64,000 bases of DNA from Trueperaceae bacterium (GCA_965213705.1 OZ243913.1:4000001-4064000); one strand, 5' to 3'. Numbered from the stretch's first letter, positions 52,759 to 62,415 are shown. Notes: a model not told the origin generated them from the letters alone. A program made the numbers and translations.

Positions 52759-53705
52759 ACGCGTTTGTAAACGTCGTCCGGGCCGAGCTGTTCAAGGTCG
52801 TACGTAAAAAACGTACCTACATCCTGGCGGGTTTGTGGTGGATTGTGGGGCCGGTGCTCGCCCTGGTCGTGGGGCGGGTCGTGCAAACCAGTTTGTCGGG
52901 CTCGTTTGTCGAAGGCGACGTTCCGGTGCAAGGCGTGCTGCAAGCTTTCGCCTCACCCTACGGCGTGGCGCGCGTCGCGCTCGCGCTACCTGCGCTCATC
53001 AGCCCGACCTACTACATCATCGTGCTTTCGCTGCTTGGCGCGCTGTTTATCGGCGAGGAGCGCAGCCAGAACATGTGGAAAACGGTGCTGGTGGCGCAGC
53101 CCAACCGCCTGGCGGTACTTGCAGGCAAGTTTACAGTCGCCATGCTCACCTTCGGCGTGATTTTGTTCGGCGCGTGCTTGAGCGGTTTTCTGTTCGGCGC
53201 GCTCGGCATGACTTTTTTACCCACGACGTTCGCGGGCGACTGGGGCGGGTTGCTCGGGTTGTACGCCTTGCAGTGGGTGTACAGCGTCGCCGGGATGATG
53301 TTCGCGTTTCTGATGATTTGGCTGTTGCGCAACGTCGCGCTCGGCATCGTGTCGGTGTTTTTCCTGCCGGCGCTGCTCGAGGGCCTCTACACGGTTTACG
53401 CCACCGCCGTCGGCTTTCAGCCCTTAAACCGCCTCAACGCGCTGTTTCAAGCCTTGCGGCTGCGGAACACGCTCGAGGAACTGCCCCGCTACTTTTTCAC
53501 CACCAACCTCTACGCGCCCGCCCGCGAACCCTTGAGCGCGCTCATCAGCGCCTTTGGCGGCGACCTCAACGCGGACACAGCCGGGCCTTTTCAAAACCTG
53601 CTCGGCACCGTGAGTTTGGAGCACGCCGCGCTCGTCGTCGGCGGTTACACGGTCGTGTTCGGCGCGGTTTTGTTGTGGAGTTTTTTGCGGCGGGACGTGG
53701 GGTAA
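52755..53705 (+). CDS. ABC-2 type permease
   Basis: RAELFK...IGEERSQ...LAGK...FLRRDV. Confidence 0.88.
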   Translation: MNAFVNVVRAELFKVVRKKRTYILAGLWWIVGPVLALVVGRVVQTSLSGSFVEGDVPVQGVLQAFASPYGVARVALALPALISPTYYIIVLSLLGALFIGEERSQNMWKTVLVAQPNRLAVLAGKFTVAMLTFGVILFGACLSGFLFGALGMTFLPTTFAGDWGGLLGLYALQWVYSVAGMMFAFLMIWLLRNVALGIVSVFFLPALLEGLYTVYATAVGFQPLNRLNALFQALRLRNTLEELPRYFFTTNLYAPAREPLSALISAFGGDLNADTAGPFQNLLGTVSLEHAALVVGGYTVVFGAVLLWSFLRRDVG

Positions 53706-53708
53706 AAA

Positions 53709-53806
53709 AGTACCGAGTACCGAGTGAAAAGTAGTAAGTGGAAATCCGAAGCCCTTTCTCCCCTACTCCTCCGCTCCCCTACTCCCCACTCTCCTACTCC
53801 CCACTT
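53709..53806. repeat. Heptamer/octamer repeat cluster
   Basis: AGTACCG AGTACCG AGTGAAA AGTAGTA..., then (CCCTACTC)-like units. Confidence 0.7.
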
Positions 53807-53869
53807 CCAGGATGTCCGCCTCGAGGCGACTACACTTCCGCGCCTTCCCGACTCGGTACAGTAAGCCGG

Positions 53870-55036
53870 ATGCGCCGACCGCCCCGCCCTACGCCCTGGC
53901 GCACTGCGTTTTTGGTTTACCTCGCGGCGTTCGCGGCTTTTATCGCCATGTACTTGCCGCAGCCCGTGTTGCCGCTGTTAGCTCAGGACTTCGGGGTGAG
54001 CCCGAGTTCGGCGGGACTGCTGGTTTCGGCCCTCGTTTTGAGCGTCGCGTTTATGTCGCTGGTCGTCGCGCCGCTGTCCGACCGGGTGGGGCGGAAACCT
54101 GTGCTGGTGGGCTGTTCACTGCTGCTGGCCGGGCCGTCGCTCGCCTGTGCGCTCGCGTCGGACTTCAGCCACTTGGTTGCCATGCGATTTTTGCAGGGCG
54201 CGCTCGTGCCGGGCGTGCTAGCCATCAGCGTCGCTTACTTGACGGAAGAGTTCGCGCCTGCGCGGGTGCCCGTGCTGGTCGGCGGCTACATTTCGGCGAC
54301 CGTCGTCGGCGGCATGACGAGCCGACTCCTGAGCGGCGCGGTGAGCGAACTGTTGAGCTGGCGCTGGGCCTTCGGGGTGAGCAGCTTGTTCAGTTTGCTG
54401 GTGGGGCTGGTTCTGCTCGTGTTTTTACCCGCCTCACGCCACTTTCAACCCACCTTGAACCTGCGCGGCGCGTACCGGGGCATGGCCGCACACCTGCGCG
54501 ACAAACGCCTTGTCGGCGGCTACCTGGTGGGGTCGCTGCTGTTTTTCGCGTTTCTAGGCTTGTTTACCTACCTGCCTTTTCACCTCGCCGGGCCGCCCTA
54601 CAATTTTTCACCTCTGCGGATAGGTTTCGTGTTTCTGGTTTACGGCGCGGGAGCCGTCTCGTCACCGCTGGCCGGGCGTTTGGCGCGGCGTTTTCGGTTC
54701 TGGCAAATTCTTGTCGGGGCGCTTTCCGTGACGCTTCTCGCCAACCTGCTTACCGCAGCGCCGAGCGCCGCCGTCCTCGTGTGCGCGCTCCTGCTGCTCT
54801 GTTTTGCAAACTTCGTCGTGCAGAGTACGGCGACCGCCTTCGTCGCGGCGACGGCCGAGCACGACCGCGCCGGGGCAAACGCGCTTTACCTCTTTTTTTA
54901 TTACGTCGGCGGGAGTTTGGGCGGGTACTTACCGGGTCTGCTGTGGCCGCTTTACGGTTGGGCCGGGGTGCTGGCGCTGACCGTCACGTCGTTGCTTTTG
55001 GCTGTCACGGTGGCGCTGACGCTGTGCCGGCGGTAA
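53870..55036 (+). CDS. MFS transporter (YnfM-like)
   Basis: MYLPQPVLP, PLSDRVGRK, ALYLFFYYVGGS. Confidence 0.92.
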   Translation: MRRPPRPTPWRTAFLVYLAAFAAFIAMYLPQPVLPLLAQDFGVSPSSAGLLVSALVLSVAFMSLVVAPLSDRVGRKPVLVGCSLLLAGPSLACALASDFSHLVAMRFLQGALVPGVLAISVAYLTEEFAPARVPVLVGGYISATVVGGMTSRLLSGAVSELLSWRWAFGVSSLFSLLVGLVLLVFLPASRHFQPTLNLRGAYRGMAAHLRDKRLVGGYLVGSLLFFAFLGLFTYLPFHLAGPPYNFSPLRIGFVFLVYGAGAVSSPLAGRLARRFRFWQILVGALSVTLLANLLTAAPSAAVLVCALLLLCFANFVVQSTATAFVAATAEHDRAGANALYLFFYYVGGSLGGYLPGLLWPLYGWAGVLALTVTSLLLAVTVALTLCRR

Positions 55037-55131
55037 GGCTCCGCGTGGGTGCGAGCTAGGTTGAGGGCTCACGGTTTGTTCACATGTTCGCAAGTCGCAG
55101 TCGAACCAGGCAAGCCGAGAAACGCTCGGCC

Positions 55132-55818
55132 CTACTCGAGCGGCTCGAGCGTTAGGTCCAACAAGACGCTTTGCCCGTTGGCGACCCGAAGTTTGGCTTC
55201 GACCATCGCAAAACCCGGCGCGGTGGCGGCGACCGAGTAAACGCCGTCGTCCAAACCGCCCACCTCGATGCTCTGCTCGCCGACGAACACGCGGCGGTAA
55301 CCGTCGGGGCCGGTGACACCGACCGACGCCTCGGGGACGTTGACGGCGATGACGGCGCGGTTGGTCCGCTCGTACCAGTCACTCAGTTGAACACCAAAAA
55401 GTCCGAACACGTCGAGGGCCGCCGTGTCGGCGTAGTAACCGCCCAAGTTGGACAGCGCAACGTCCACAGCCACGGCTTCGCCCGGACGCACCTCGACCTT
55501 GCCCTCGACCAAACGGTAGGTGTCGTCCGTGGCGGCCAGCGAATAAAACCCCGGCAGAAGCCCCTCGAGCAAAGCGGTCTCACCCACGTCGTAACGTTCG
55601 AAGAAGCCGTTCGGCCCCGTAAGGTAGACTTCGGCACCCACAGAGCGAAAACCGGGCGTCGAGGTCGACAAGGAGATGGTTCCAAAAGGCAGCGGGCGGT
55701 AGGTCTCGACTTCGAAGTCGGGTTGCGTGAGCTGCGCCGACACCCAACCCAAACTCACCAACAGCCAGCACACGCACCACGCGCTTTTTGTCGCAGTTTC
55801 TTTCACGGTGTTTTTCAA
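55132..55818 (-). CDS. Secreted protein with two PEGA/carboxypeptidase-regulatory-like repeats
   Basis: Signal peptide ...LGWVSA; repeated V.(L/V)TGP.G...GL..G.YS(L/V)AAT. Confidence 0.7.
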   Translation of the reverse strand: MKNTVKETATKSAWCVCWLLVSLGWVSAQLTQPDFEVETYRPLPFGTISLSTSTPGFRSVGAEVYLTGPNGFFERYDVGETALLEGLLPGFYSLAATDDTYRLVEGKVEVRPGEAVAVDVALSNLGGYYADTAALDVFGLFGVQLSDWYERTNRAVIAVNVPEASVGVTGPDGYRRVFVGEQSIEVGGLDDGVYSVAATAPGFAMVEAKLRVANGQSVLLDLTLEPLE

Positions 55819-56215
55819 AACCTGACCCCCCCGCCCCCTGCAAGAACGTCCACTATAAGAACAAGGCGGGCACGGTGACCTGGACACAAAACACGTTTGC
55901 CACGAAAACTCGGCTGCCGCCGGCCACGGTTCAGCCCGCGGGGCCGCCCGGTTCGTTGGGCGTTGGTTCGTTGAGCGTTCGTTCGGTGTCTGTGAAGCGC
56001 TGTTCAGGCCGCACGTGTCCAAGCCGCACAGCAGGTCCGGTTGCCAAAGTGGCGGCGGGGGCACACGTGCAAACTGAGGCACTGCGCCCCGGTTTTAGGA
56101 CTTTGGGTAGCTTTTAGAAGGGTCGAAGTTAATACGGATGCCGATACTACACCCATTGAACTTAAAGGGGTTTTTCGGTTCCTTATCTTCAGTCTGCAAA
56201 CGTTTCTTCTCGCTG

Positions 56216-56295
56216 AACAGTCCTGAACCACAAGTAGTGACTATGACGGCTGAGCGTTGAGCCGTCACCTATAGTCCCGCTGGTTCAGGACTGTT
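56216..56295. mobile_element. 80-bp MITE
   Basis: Perfect 15-bp TIR AACAGTCCTGAACCA / TGGTTCAGGACTGTT with nested internal IRs; empty-site homolog near 27990. Confidence 0.8.
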
Positions 56296-56303
56296 TGCTC
56301 AGG

Positions 56304-56354
56304 TTGATTTCCAGGTTTGTTAAATTTCCAGTGTTATTAAATTTCCAGGGTTAT
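56304..56354. repeat. 17-bp tandem repeat x3
   Basis: TTGATTTCCAGGTTTGT, TAAATTTCCAGTGTTAT, TAAATTTCCAGGGTTAT. Confidence 0.75.
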
Positions 56355-56502
56355 CGACCGGACAGGGTATGAGCGTGCCCGACGGTGCGCCGCGCTGCCG
56401 GTCGTGACGACCCGCGCTTTCGGCGTTGCCAAAAGCTTGTCCGGCACCAAACTCGTCGGGGCTGAGACAACTAAGGTCATTTGCGCCGAACCCTCGAGCC
56501 GT

Positions 56503-57288
56503 TCAGCTTGGCTCGGAACCGGCCGACTCGGAACCAACCGACTCGGCATCGGCGGGGCCGGTGTCGTTGGGGCCGGCGTTGTTGGGGCCGGCGGTGTTTG
56601 AACCAGTGTCGGGCAGGGCCGTGGCGGCGGCGGCAACCTCCGCGGAGAGGTCTTGGGACTCCGCCCAGCGCGCCAGCTCAGGCCGCGGCGTGAGCGAGGT
56701 CAAAAACGCGTGGTCGGCCCCGCTCGTGCCCACCGCGACGAGTTCTATACCGGCGGCTCGGACGAGCCGGGCCGCCCGCAGGGTCGCCGCCTTGTCGTTG
56801 GGTTGTCCGTCGGTGATAAGGATGACGGCGCGGGCTCCGGTGCGGAACCGCTGCCGCCGCAAAGACAGGTAAAGAGCGCTCGCCATCGCGGTACGTCCGT
56901 CAGGGCGAAGCCCGGCCAAGCACTGCTCAAAGCGGTAGGCGTCGCGGCCGGCCTCCAACAAACAACTCGCCCCCGAGCCGAACCCGATAATGCCGACTGC
57001 GTAGCCGCGCGTGTACGCCTCGTAAAAAAAGCGCAGCGCTCCACGTTTGACCTGCTCGAGCTTGCCGCCGTAGGCCATGCTGGTCGACTGGTCGAGGAGT
57101 AGGTAAACCGTGCCCCGCGGCGCGTCGGCGCGGCGCAGTGCGTTGCGAGTGCGGCGCAAAAGTCCGACAGGACTTGCGCGGCCCGCAACGTTTACGAGCG
57201 TGGCGAGGTCTTGGTTGTCTGGTCGCTTTGACACCGGTAGCCCAAGTTTACTGCACGCGCGCCCGCAGCTCGAGAGGCGGCGTGACAC
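56503..57288 (-). CDS. vWA domain protein (start uncertain)
   Basis: MIDAS LLLDQSTSM, GRTAM, ILITDGQP. Confidence 0.85.
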   Translation of the reverse strand: MSRRLSSCGRACSKLGLPVSKRPDNQDLATLVNVAGRASPVGLLRRTRNALRRADAPRGTVYLLLDQSTSMAYGGKLEQVKRGALRFFYEAYTRGYAVGIIGFGSGASCLLEAGRDAYRFEQCLAGLRPDGRTAMASALYLSLRRQRFRTGARAVILITDGQPNDKAATLRAARLVRAAGIELVAVGTSGADHAFLTSLTPRPELARWAESQDLSAEVAAAATALPDTGSNTAGPNNAGPNDTGPADAESVGSESAGSEPS

Positions 57289-57413
57289 TTTTGCCGGGTG
57301 GGTTGGGATAGGTGCGGGCTCGAGCTTGCCAAGCTGTAAAACCTGGGGCGAGCGCGCAGCCGTGCGCTCGCCGGGACCACGCGCGTCGCTTGAGTTTAGC
57401 GCACGCCGCGCTT

Positions 57414-58004
57414 TCAGACACCGAGTTCGTCAGGCGACGTAGTCTCGTCGGGGGTTTTGGGTTCGAACGGCACGGCGCAAAAGCCCTGCGCCGCGACGTC
57501 GAGCGGCCCGGTCAGACGGTTGTAAAAGTTTTCGGTGGCGACAGCGACGGTCAGCTCGAGAATCTCACGCTCGCCGAAGTTCGTTTTTAGCGCGTCAAAG
57601 GTTGCCTCGCTCACCCGCGCGCCCACCTGCGTCGCCTCGAAAGCGAAGTGTAGGGCGGCGCGTTCGCCCTCGCTGTAGCCGGGCCGGCTCTCGAAGTCCA
57701 GGACGTAACGCAACTTTTCGCTCGGCAACCCTTCGTCCTGCGCCAGCCGCCGGCCCAAGTCGGTGCAAAAAGCGCAGCCGTTCAGCTCGGCGACGAGTTG
57801 CGTCGCTAAGTGCTTGGTCGCCGCAGGCAGCTTTGTTCTGCCTTGGCTGAAGATGCTCGAGAGCACCGCGTAAGCGAAAGGATAGGTGGGGTGATGACCG
57901 AGCAAAACGACACTCGGGAAGGGCTTGCCGAAACGCCTCGTGATAACCCAGTTGACCAGTCTGCCAAGTAAGGGTTGGCGTGCAGGTGGGCTGATACGAG
58001 CCAT
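57414..58004 (-). CDS. Carboxymuconolactone decarboxylase / AhpD family protein
   Basis: AELNGCAFCTD...ERAAL.F...EILELT...ENFYNR. Confidence 0.9.
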   Translation of the reverse strand: MARISPPARQPLLGRLVNWVITRRFGKPFPSVVLLGHHPTYPFAYAVLSSIFSQGRTKLPAATKHLATQLVAELNGCAFCTDLGRRLAQDEGLPSEKLRYVLDFESRPGYSEGERAALHFAFEATQVGARVSEATFDALKTNFGEREILELTVAVATENFYNRLTGPLDVAAQGFCAVPFEPKTPDETTSPDELGV

Positions 58005-58168
58005 GCTGAGCCTCCTATAACACCTACATTCTAAAGGAACCCACACCGAACCCTTGGCCGGGGCTGGTGCTGTTCTTTCGTTTCACGGCGGTCGTTCGGG
58101 GTAAACGCGCAGGCTTAGGACACGCGTCGGGCCGAAGAGGTTAAGCTGTGGTCAAGGAGGGGACCGAA

Positions 58169-58399
58169 ATGAGCGACGAGCGAGAAAACCCGAAAAGTAC
58201 CGACGGGAAAGAGCAACCCGCCGACGAAAACGGGCACGAACTGACCTTCGAGCACGGTCACGGTGCCCAAGAAAAGGTTGTTCCGGACGAAAAAGATTTA
58301 GCCGACGTGGCCGGGGTGACAGAGGCGGACGTGCGTGAGGACCTTCTAACGACGCAGCAGGACGATGAAGACGCTGAGCCTGACAAGGGCGGCGCGTAG
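58169..58399 (+). CDS. Small acidic hypothetical protein
   Basis: AGGAGG RBS then MSDERENP... Confidence 0.65.
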   Translation: MSDERENPKSTDGKEQPADENGHELTFEHGHGAQEKVVPDEKDLADVAGVTEADVREDLLTTQQDDEDAEPDKGGA

Positions 58400-58494
58400 G
58401 TTAAGACAAGCGGACAATTTCGCCGCCTTTTTGTGTTGCCGAACCGAGACCCGTCAGTCCTGCGAGAACGACGTGACAACGTCGGCGAAGAGGG

Positions 58495-59385
58495 TTAGCT
58501 CGAGCCCTTTTTTCGTTTCTCGCGTGCGAGGTCGTCCGGGGAGAGGGCGTGGGGCTCGAGCGGGCCAACGTGCTGCATGGCCGCTTTGAGCGCCGTTTCG
58601 TCGCCCTGCCAGTCGGTGCTGTAACGGAGCTTGCTCAGCTTTTCGCCAATCGCGGGCTTTCGAAAAACGAACAAGTGTTCGTGCATAATCAAATAAAATT
58701 GGTAACTCTTAGCTTGTGCTTGCCAGCGCTTGGCATACTTTGTGTTGTGCTGCGTTTTGATGATTTGCTCCTTGAGGACAAAGCCGCAGTTCAGACACCG
58801 CCTCAGCAAAAAATGGGAGAGGGGAACGTAGTGTTGCGCTTTCCGAGTATCGCCGATGAGAATGGCGCAGTAGCTGTTTGGTTTGAGCACACGGAACATT
58901 TCTCGGATGCCTTTTTCAAGCTCGTCTAAAAACCTGGGGATGCTGCTGAGGCTCGACAGATCGTTGGGATTGTCGTCGGAGTATTTTATGATGTCGGCAT
59001 AAGGCGGATGCGTTAGGATTAGGTCCACCGAACTGTCTTGCAAAAAGTTTAGATTTCTAACATCACCGAGCCGTACACCTTGTTTGGAACTGTTCTCGAC
59101 GGGAAACTTCAACCGTTCTTTGGCAATGTCGACGGCTTTTTGATTGACGTCCACCCCTAACGCCTGCCGATTAAGTAACCGGGCTTCGATGAGCGTCGTC
59201 CCGCTTCCCGTCATGGGGTCGAGAACATTTTCGCCCTCCTCGGAGTAACGCAGCAAAACATTTCTGGCGATTTGAGGAGCAAAGTTTCCACGGTAGTCAG
59301 ACTTATGAGTAGCCCAAGCGCCACGTTCTGGAAAGTCCCAAAGCGTGGTTTTCTCGAGTTCAAAGTCGAGAGGGGAATCGGTCAC
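58495..59385 (-). CDS. Amino (N4-C/N6-A) DNA methyltransferase, HPPY type
   Basis: Motif I VLDPMTGSGTT precedes motif IV LILTHPPY; YRGNFAPQI and HEHLFVFRK. Confidence 0.88.
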   Translation of the reverse strand: MTDSPLDFELEKTTLWDFPERGAWATHKSDYRGNFAPQIARNVLLRYSEEGENVLDPMTGSGTTLIEARLLNRQALGVDVNQKAVDIAKERLKFPVENSSKQGVRLGDVRNLNFLQDSSVDLILTHPPYADIIKYSDDNPNDLSSLSSIPRFLDELEKGIREMFRVLKPNSYCAILIGDTRKAQHYVPLSHFLLRRCLNCGFVLKEQIIKTQHNTKYAKRWQAQAKSYQFYLIMHEHLFVFRKPAIGEKLSKLRYSTDWQGDETALKAAMQHVGPLEPHALSPDDLAREKRKKGSS

Positions 59386-59765
59386 GTTGCTGGCTTCAGG
59401 CTTTTCTCTGGAATCACGACTACATCAATATACTCGAGGCACATCATCTTCGCAGCGCACAGCCTGTGCTGACCGTCTCTCAATATGAAATTTTCATCAA
59501 CGCTGATAGGCCACCAACCTTCGGTGTGAAAATTCGTCAAAATGGCGAGAACTGTTGCGCGCTGTATAGGATTGGGGTATTCGTCAGGTTTGACTATTTT
59601 GTCTATAGGAACTTTGGGGAAGCCCTGATGATAGAAGGCGGGGTCACCGATTGCCTTGTTTATAGTTGAGTTGTCCAACATCCAAGACAAACAAGGAATG
59701 TAGGTTTTTTGTTTGGACATACCAAAGTGTAGCTTGACCAGTATTTGCGTGTCAATGGTTGACAC
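59382..59765 (-). CDS. ParB/Srx-like N-terminal domain protein (DGQHR)
   Basis: VPIDKI...PISVDENFILRDGQHRLCAAK...IDV; GTGA coupling to the MTase. Confidence 0.78.
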   Translation of the reverse strand: MSTIDTQILVKLHFGMSKQKTYIPCLSWMLDNSTINKAIGDPAFYHQGFPKVPIDKIVKPDEYPNPIQRATVLAILTNFHTEGWWPISVDENFILRDGQHRLCAAKMMCLEYIDVVVIPEKSLKPAT

Positions 59766-59815
59766 ACAACACTATCGAATGTAAACTGTTTTTATGGCGC
59801 TGTTAGAATTGACGT

Positions 59816-60058
59816 GTGCGAGATCAAACCGTTTATCGAGAGGAGCTTTTCAAAGGCTTAACCTCGACTCAGCGCTTGGTTTGGTTCTACATCACGCATT
59901 GTGGAGAAGGAGAATATAGTGCCCGTTCCCTCGCCAAGGCGCTCGAAATCACGCCCCATACGGCTAACACCGCCGTTGGTGAGCTTCTCGAGCGGAACCT
60001 TCTCGAGAAACTATCTCCAGCCAAGGGTAGGCGACCGGCAATCTTGCGCTCGCGCTAA
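59816..60058 (+). CDS. Small winged-helix DNA-binding protein
   Basis: LTSTQRLVW...SARSLAKALEITPHTANTAVGELLERNLL. Confidence 0.75.
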   Translation: MRDQTVYREELFKGLTSTQRLVWFYITHCGEGEYSARSLAKALEITPHTANTAVGELLERNLLEKLSPAKGRRPAILRSR

Positions 60059-60062
60059 ACAT

Positions 60063-60731
60063 CTAGTCGAATTTTCCAGCTACTACATCCAACATGAAAC
60101 GCTTTTGAAAGTAAAAAGCGTGATTTTTGTTAGCAATGGCCCGGCGGTAGGTTTTCGAAAAGATAGGTGTGTATGTTCCCTCCGAATTTTTAGAGGCTTT
60201 GGTTCGAGTTTGCAAGTAGTAACCGTTAGCTGTATGAATCAGTCCGTCCCTCCCATTCTCTATGTGTTGTACAAGTTGGTCGCATATAACATGGTAATCG
60301 GATTCAAGTTGGTCACGCAGTTGTGGATTCTTTTCGAGATTGATGTGCGCGACGTTGAGGAAGTACCAATCTTTGGTCATGGGTGCGTCCTTTACCACCG
60401 GGACAACCAAAAGATTTTTTACCTTTTCGTAAACGTTAGATACCTCGAAGGGAGTTCTGGGTTCGCCAACCAGAGTGTCGATGGTTCGACTGATTTGAGT
60501 AATGAAAATCGTTTCCCGTGGTCTGCCGTCAGGCCGAGTTTTGTTTGTTTTAAGCTCGCCATCTTCAAAGTCTGTCAGGTTGCTGTCAAGCTTGAGACCT
60601 ATAAGCTTGAGAAGCATTTGCCCAACGTTACCCTTGTTTGTATACAAATCCTCGGGGTGGTCTTCGAACAGTTTTTTGAAAGGAACTCCGCAGGCTTCTT
60701 TAAGCAGGGGAACAGCTTCTGCCAATTTCAT
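60063..60731 (-). CDS. MutH/Sau3AI-family endonuclease (single domain)
   Basis: NKGNVGQ...DFEDGELKT...ETIFIT...DY..I...YLQTRTK...AFYF; AAGGAG RBS. Confidence 0.85.
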   Translation of the reverse strand: MKLAEAVPLLKEACGVPFKKLFEDHPEDLYTNKGNVGQMLLKLIGLKLDSNLTDFEDGELKTNKTRPDGRPRETIFITQISRTIDTLVGEPRTPFEVSNVYEKVKNLLVVPVVKDAPMTKDWYFLNVAHINLEKNPQLRDQLESDYHVICDQLVQHIENGRDGLIHTANGYYLQTRTKASKNSEGTYTPIFSKTYRRAIANKNHAFYFQKRFMLDVVAGKFD

Positions 60732-60771
60732 AACATCAACTCCTTTGCAACAACATGGTAAAAGTACGACA

Positions 60772-61818
60772 ATGATACAGGCTCCATTGTTTAAAGCACC
60801 TTCTACAAAAATAGCAAAGCCCTTTCTCAAGTGGGCAGGTGGAAAAACCCAACTGTTGGCTCAGATAAGGAAGCAGTTGCCTGAGCCTTTGCAAGAAGGT
60901 AAAACAAGATGGCCCTACCACTATTTCGAGCCATTCATGGGAAGTGCCGCATTATTTTTTCACCTGGCTCCAAATCTGTTTCCCGACAAGGCCGTGATTT
61001 CTGATACAAACAAAGAGTTGGTACTAACTTTTACTGCTGTACGTGACCATCTTGACCGACTTATAGAAAAATTGAGAGTTTACGATGAGTTACATAATCA
61101 CCATTTTTCTGGCAATGAAACAGCGCAACGTTCTCACTATGAAGCCATACGTGCCTTAGACCGTCAGGAAGATTGGGGAAACGAAGCGTTTACAAACCCA
61201 GCGGTGATGGTAGAACACGCTGCTAGGTTTGTCTATCTCAATAAAACATGTTTTAACGGCCTTTGGCGAGTAAACAGCAAGGATTACTACAACGTTCCAA
61301 TGGGTCGTTACAAGAATCCTAGTATTTGCAATGAGGAACTTTTGCGTACGGCACACGCTTCACTACAAAACGTCAGCGTCAAGCACCAGTCTTTTGAAGA
61401 CGCTGTAGTTTCGGCACAGGAAAATGATTTTGTTTATTTCGACCCGCCTTATATGCCAGTGTCACAAACCTCTTCTTTCAACGCCTACGCGAAAGACGCC
61501 TTTTTGGAGGAGCAGCACCGCGAGTTGGCAGTTGTCTTTTTGATACTGGCCGCGAGGAGGGTTCATGTCGTTTTGTCGAACGCGGATACGTCCTTTACCA
61601 GGGAGCCATTAGGCAGTCAGGAAAACTTTGCAAACTTCGCTGCCGTTGTATCTCCAGCCATGTCTCGACTGAAAGGTTTCGGCACTGCCTGTACTGAAGA
61701 ACTATTTGAGAGCTATCGTAAGTTTTGGAACGTGGAGACTGTTACAGCTAAAAGAACCATCAATTCCAAAGCTGAAAAGCGCGGAGCGATTACGGAAATT
61801 TTAGTTTCATCACGTTAG
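60772..61818 (+). CDS. Dam-family (D12) DNA adenine methyltransferase
   Basis: PFLKWAGGKTQL, YFEPFMGS, FNGLWRVN...NVPMG, FVYFDPPY. Confidence 0.95.
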   Translation: MIQAPLFKAPSTKIAKPFLKWAGGKTQLLAQIRKQLPEPLQEGKTRWPYHYFEPFMGSAALFFHLAPNLFPDKAVISDTNKELVLTFTAVRDHLDRLIEKLRVYDELHNHHFSGNETAQRSHYEAIRALDRQEDWGNEAFTNPAVMVEHAARFVYLNKTCFNGLWRVNSKDYYNVPMGRYKNPSICNEELLRTAHASLQNVSVKHQSFEDAVVSAQENDFVYFDPPYMPVSQTSSFNAYAKDAFLEEQHRELAVVFLILAARRVHVVLSNADTSFTREPLGSQENFANFAAVVSPAMSRLKGFGTACTEELFESYRKFWNVETVTAKRTINSKAEKRGAITEILVSSR

Positions 61819-61827
61819 ACCCATTTT

Positions 61828-62322
61828 ATGTCAAAGCTTATTATCACCACCTACTTACAACTCCTCTCCCCGAGCGAACACCTTATCAAAACAAGCGACG
61901 ACCCGCGTTTCAGCGTTGTCAAGGTCGAAACCCCCGCGCCGAGCTTCAACAAGTATTTTTACACCGAGGTCGGGCGGACCTGGCAGTGGACGGACCGCTT
62001 GGCGTGGTCGGACGCGGACTGGCGTGGGTACGCCCACTCTCCAGACGTCCATACTTTTGCGGCTTTTTACGGTGGCGCGCCTGCGGGATACTACGAACTT
62101 AGGCGCGAAGGCGAAGACGTCGAACTCGTCTACTTCGGGCTGATGCCCGACTTCATCGGCAAAAAGCTCGGCGGGGCACTCCTTTCTAAAGCGATTACAG
62201 ACGCTTTTTCTCTGGGTGCGGGGCGGGTGTGGGTACACACCTGCTCGCTCGACCACCCGGCGGCGATAGCCAACTACCGGGCTCGAGGCTTTCGGGTCTA
62301 CAAAACGGTCACAGCGTCTTAA
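61828..62322 (+). CDS. GNAT N-acetyltransferase
   Basis: YFGLMPDFIGKKLG...VWVHTCSLDHPAA..NY.ARGF. Confidence 0.9.
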   Translation: MSKLIITTYLQLLSPSEHLIKTSDDPRFSVVKVETPAPSFNKYFYTEVGRTWQWTDRLAWSDADWRGYAHSPDVHTFAAFYGGAPAGYYELRREGEDVELVYFGLMPDFIGKKLGGALLSKAITDAFSLGAGRVWVHTCSLDHPAAIANYRARGFRVYKTVTAS

Positions 62323-62415
62323 CGCGTCCGTCTGCTGGACACGGATTCGCCGAGACGGTAGTATCGACCTCGAACCAGTTACAGGCGTCGCCGCCAGGCG
62401 ACCGAAAGGGGAACG

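Noticed and set aside
56100..56320. Remnant LEINLSK..SEK...PFKFNG resembling reverse-transcriptase domains 6-7
   Set aside because: No YxDD motif upstream in either copy and FNG instead of FLG; too weak without a profile search
47061..56354. Short tandem repeats as a possible CRISPR array or iterons
   Set aside because: Units are 15-17 bp, directly adjacent with no spacers, only 2-4 copies, and there is no cas or rep gene in the window
59382..59765. DGQHR protein as evidence of a Dnd phosphorothioation system
   Set aside because: Much shorter than DndB, and no dndCDE or ssp genes nearby
60502..60771. N-terminal extension of Dam overlapping the nuclease gene
   Set aside because: It is antisense to the nuclease ORF; Dam motifs begin after the ATG at 60772
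62325..62415. Riboswitch upstream of the SsuA/THI5-type ABC operon
   Set aside because: Only one small hairpin; no TPP, SAM or FMN consensus recognised
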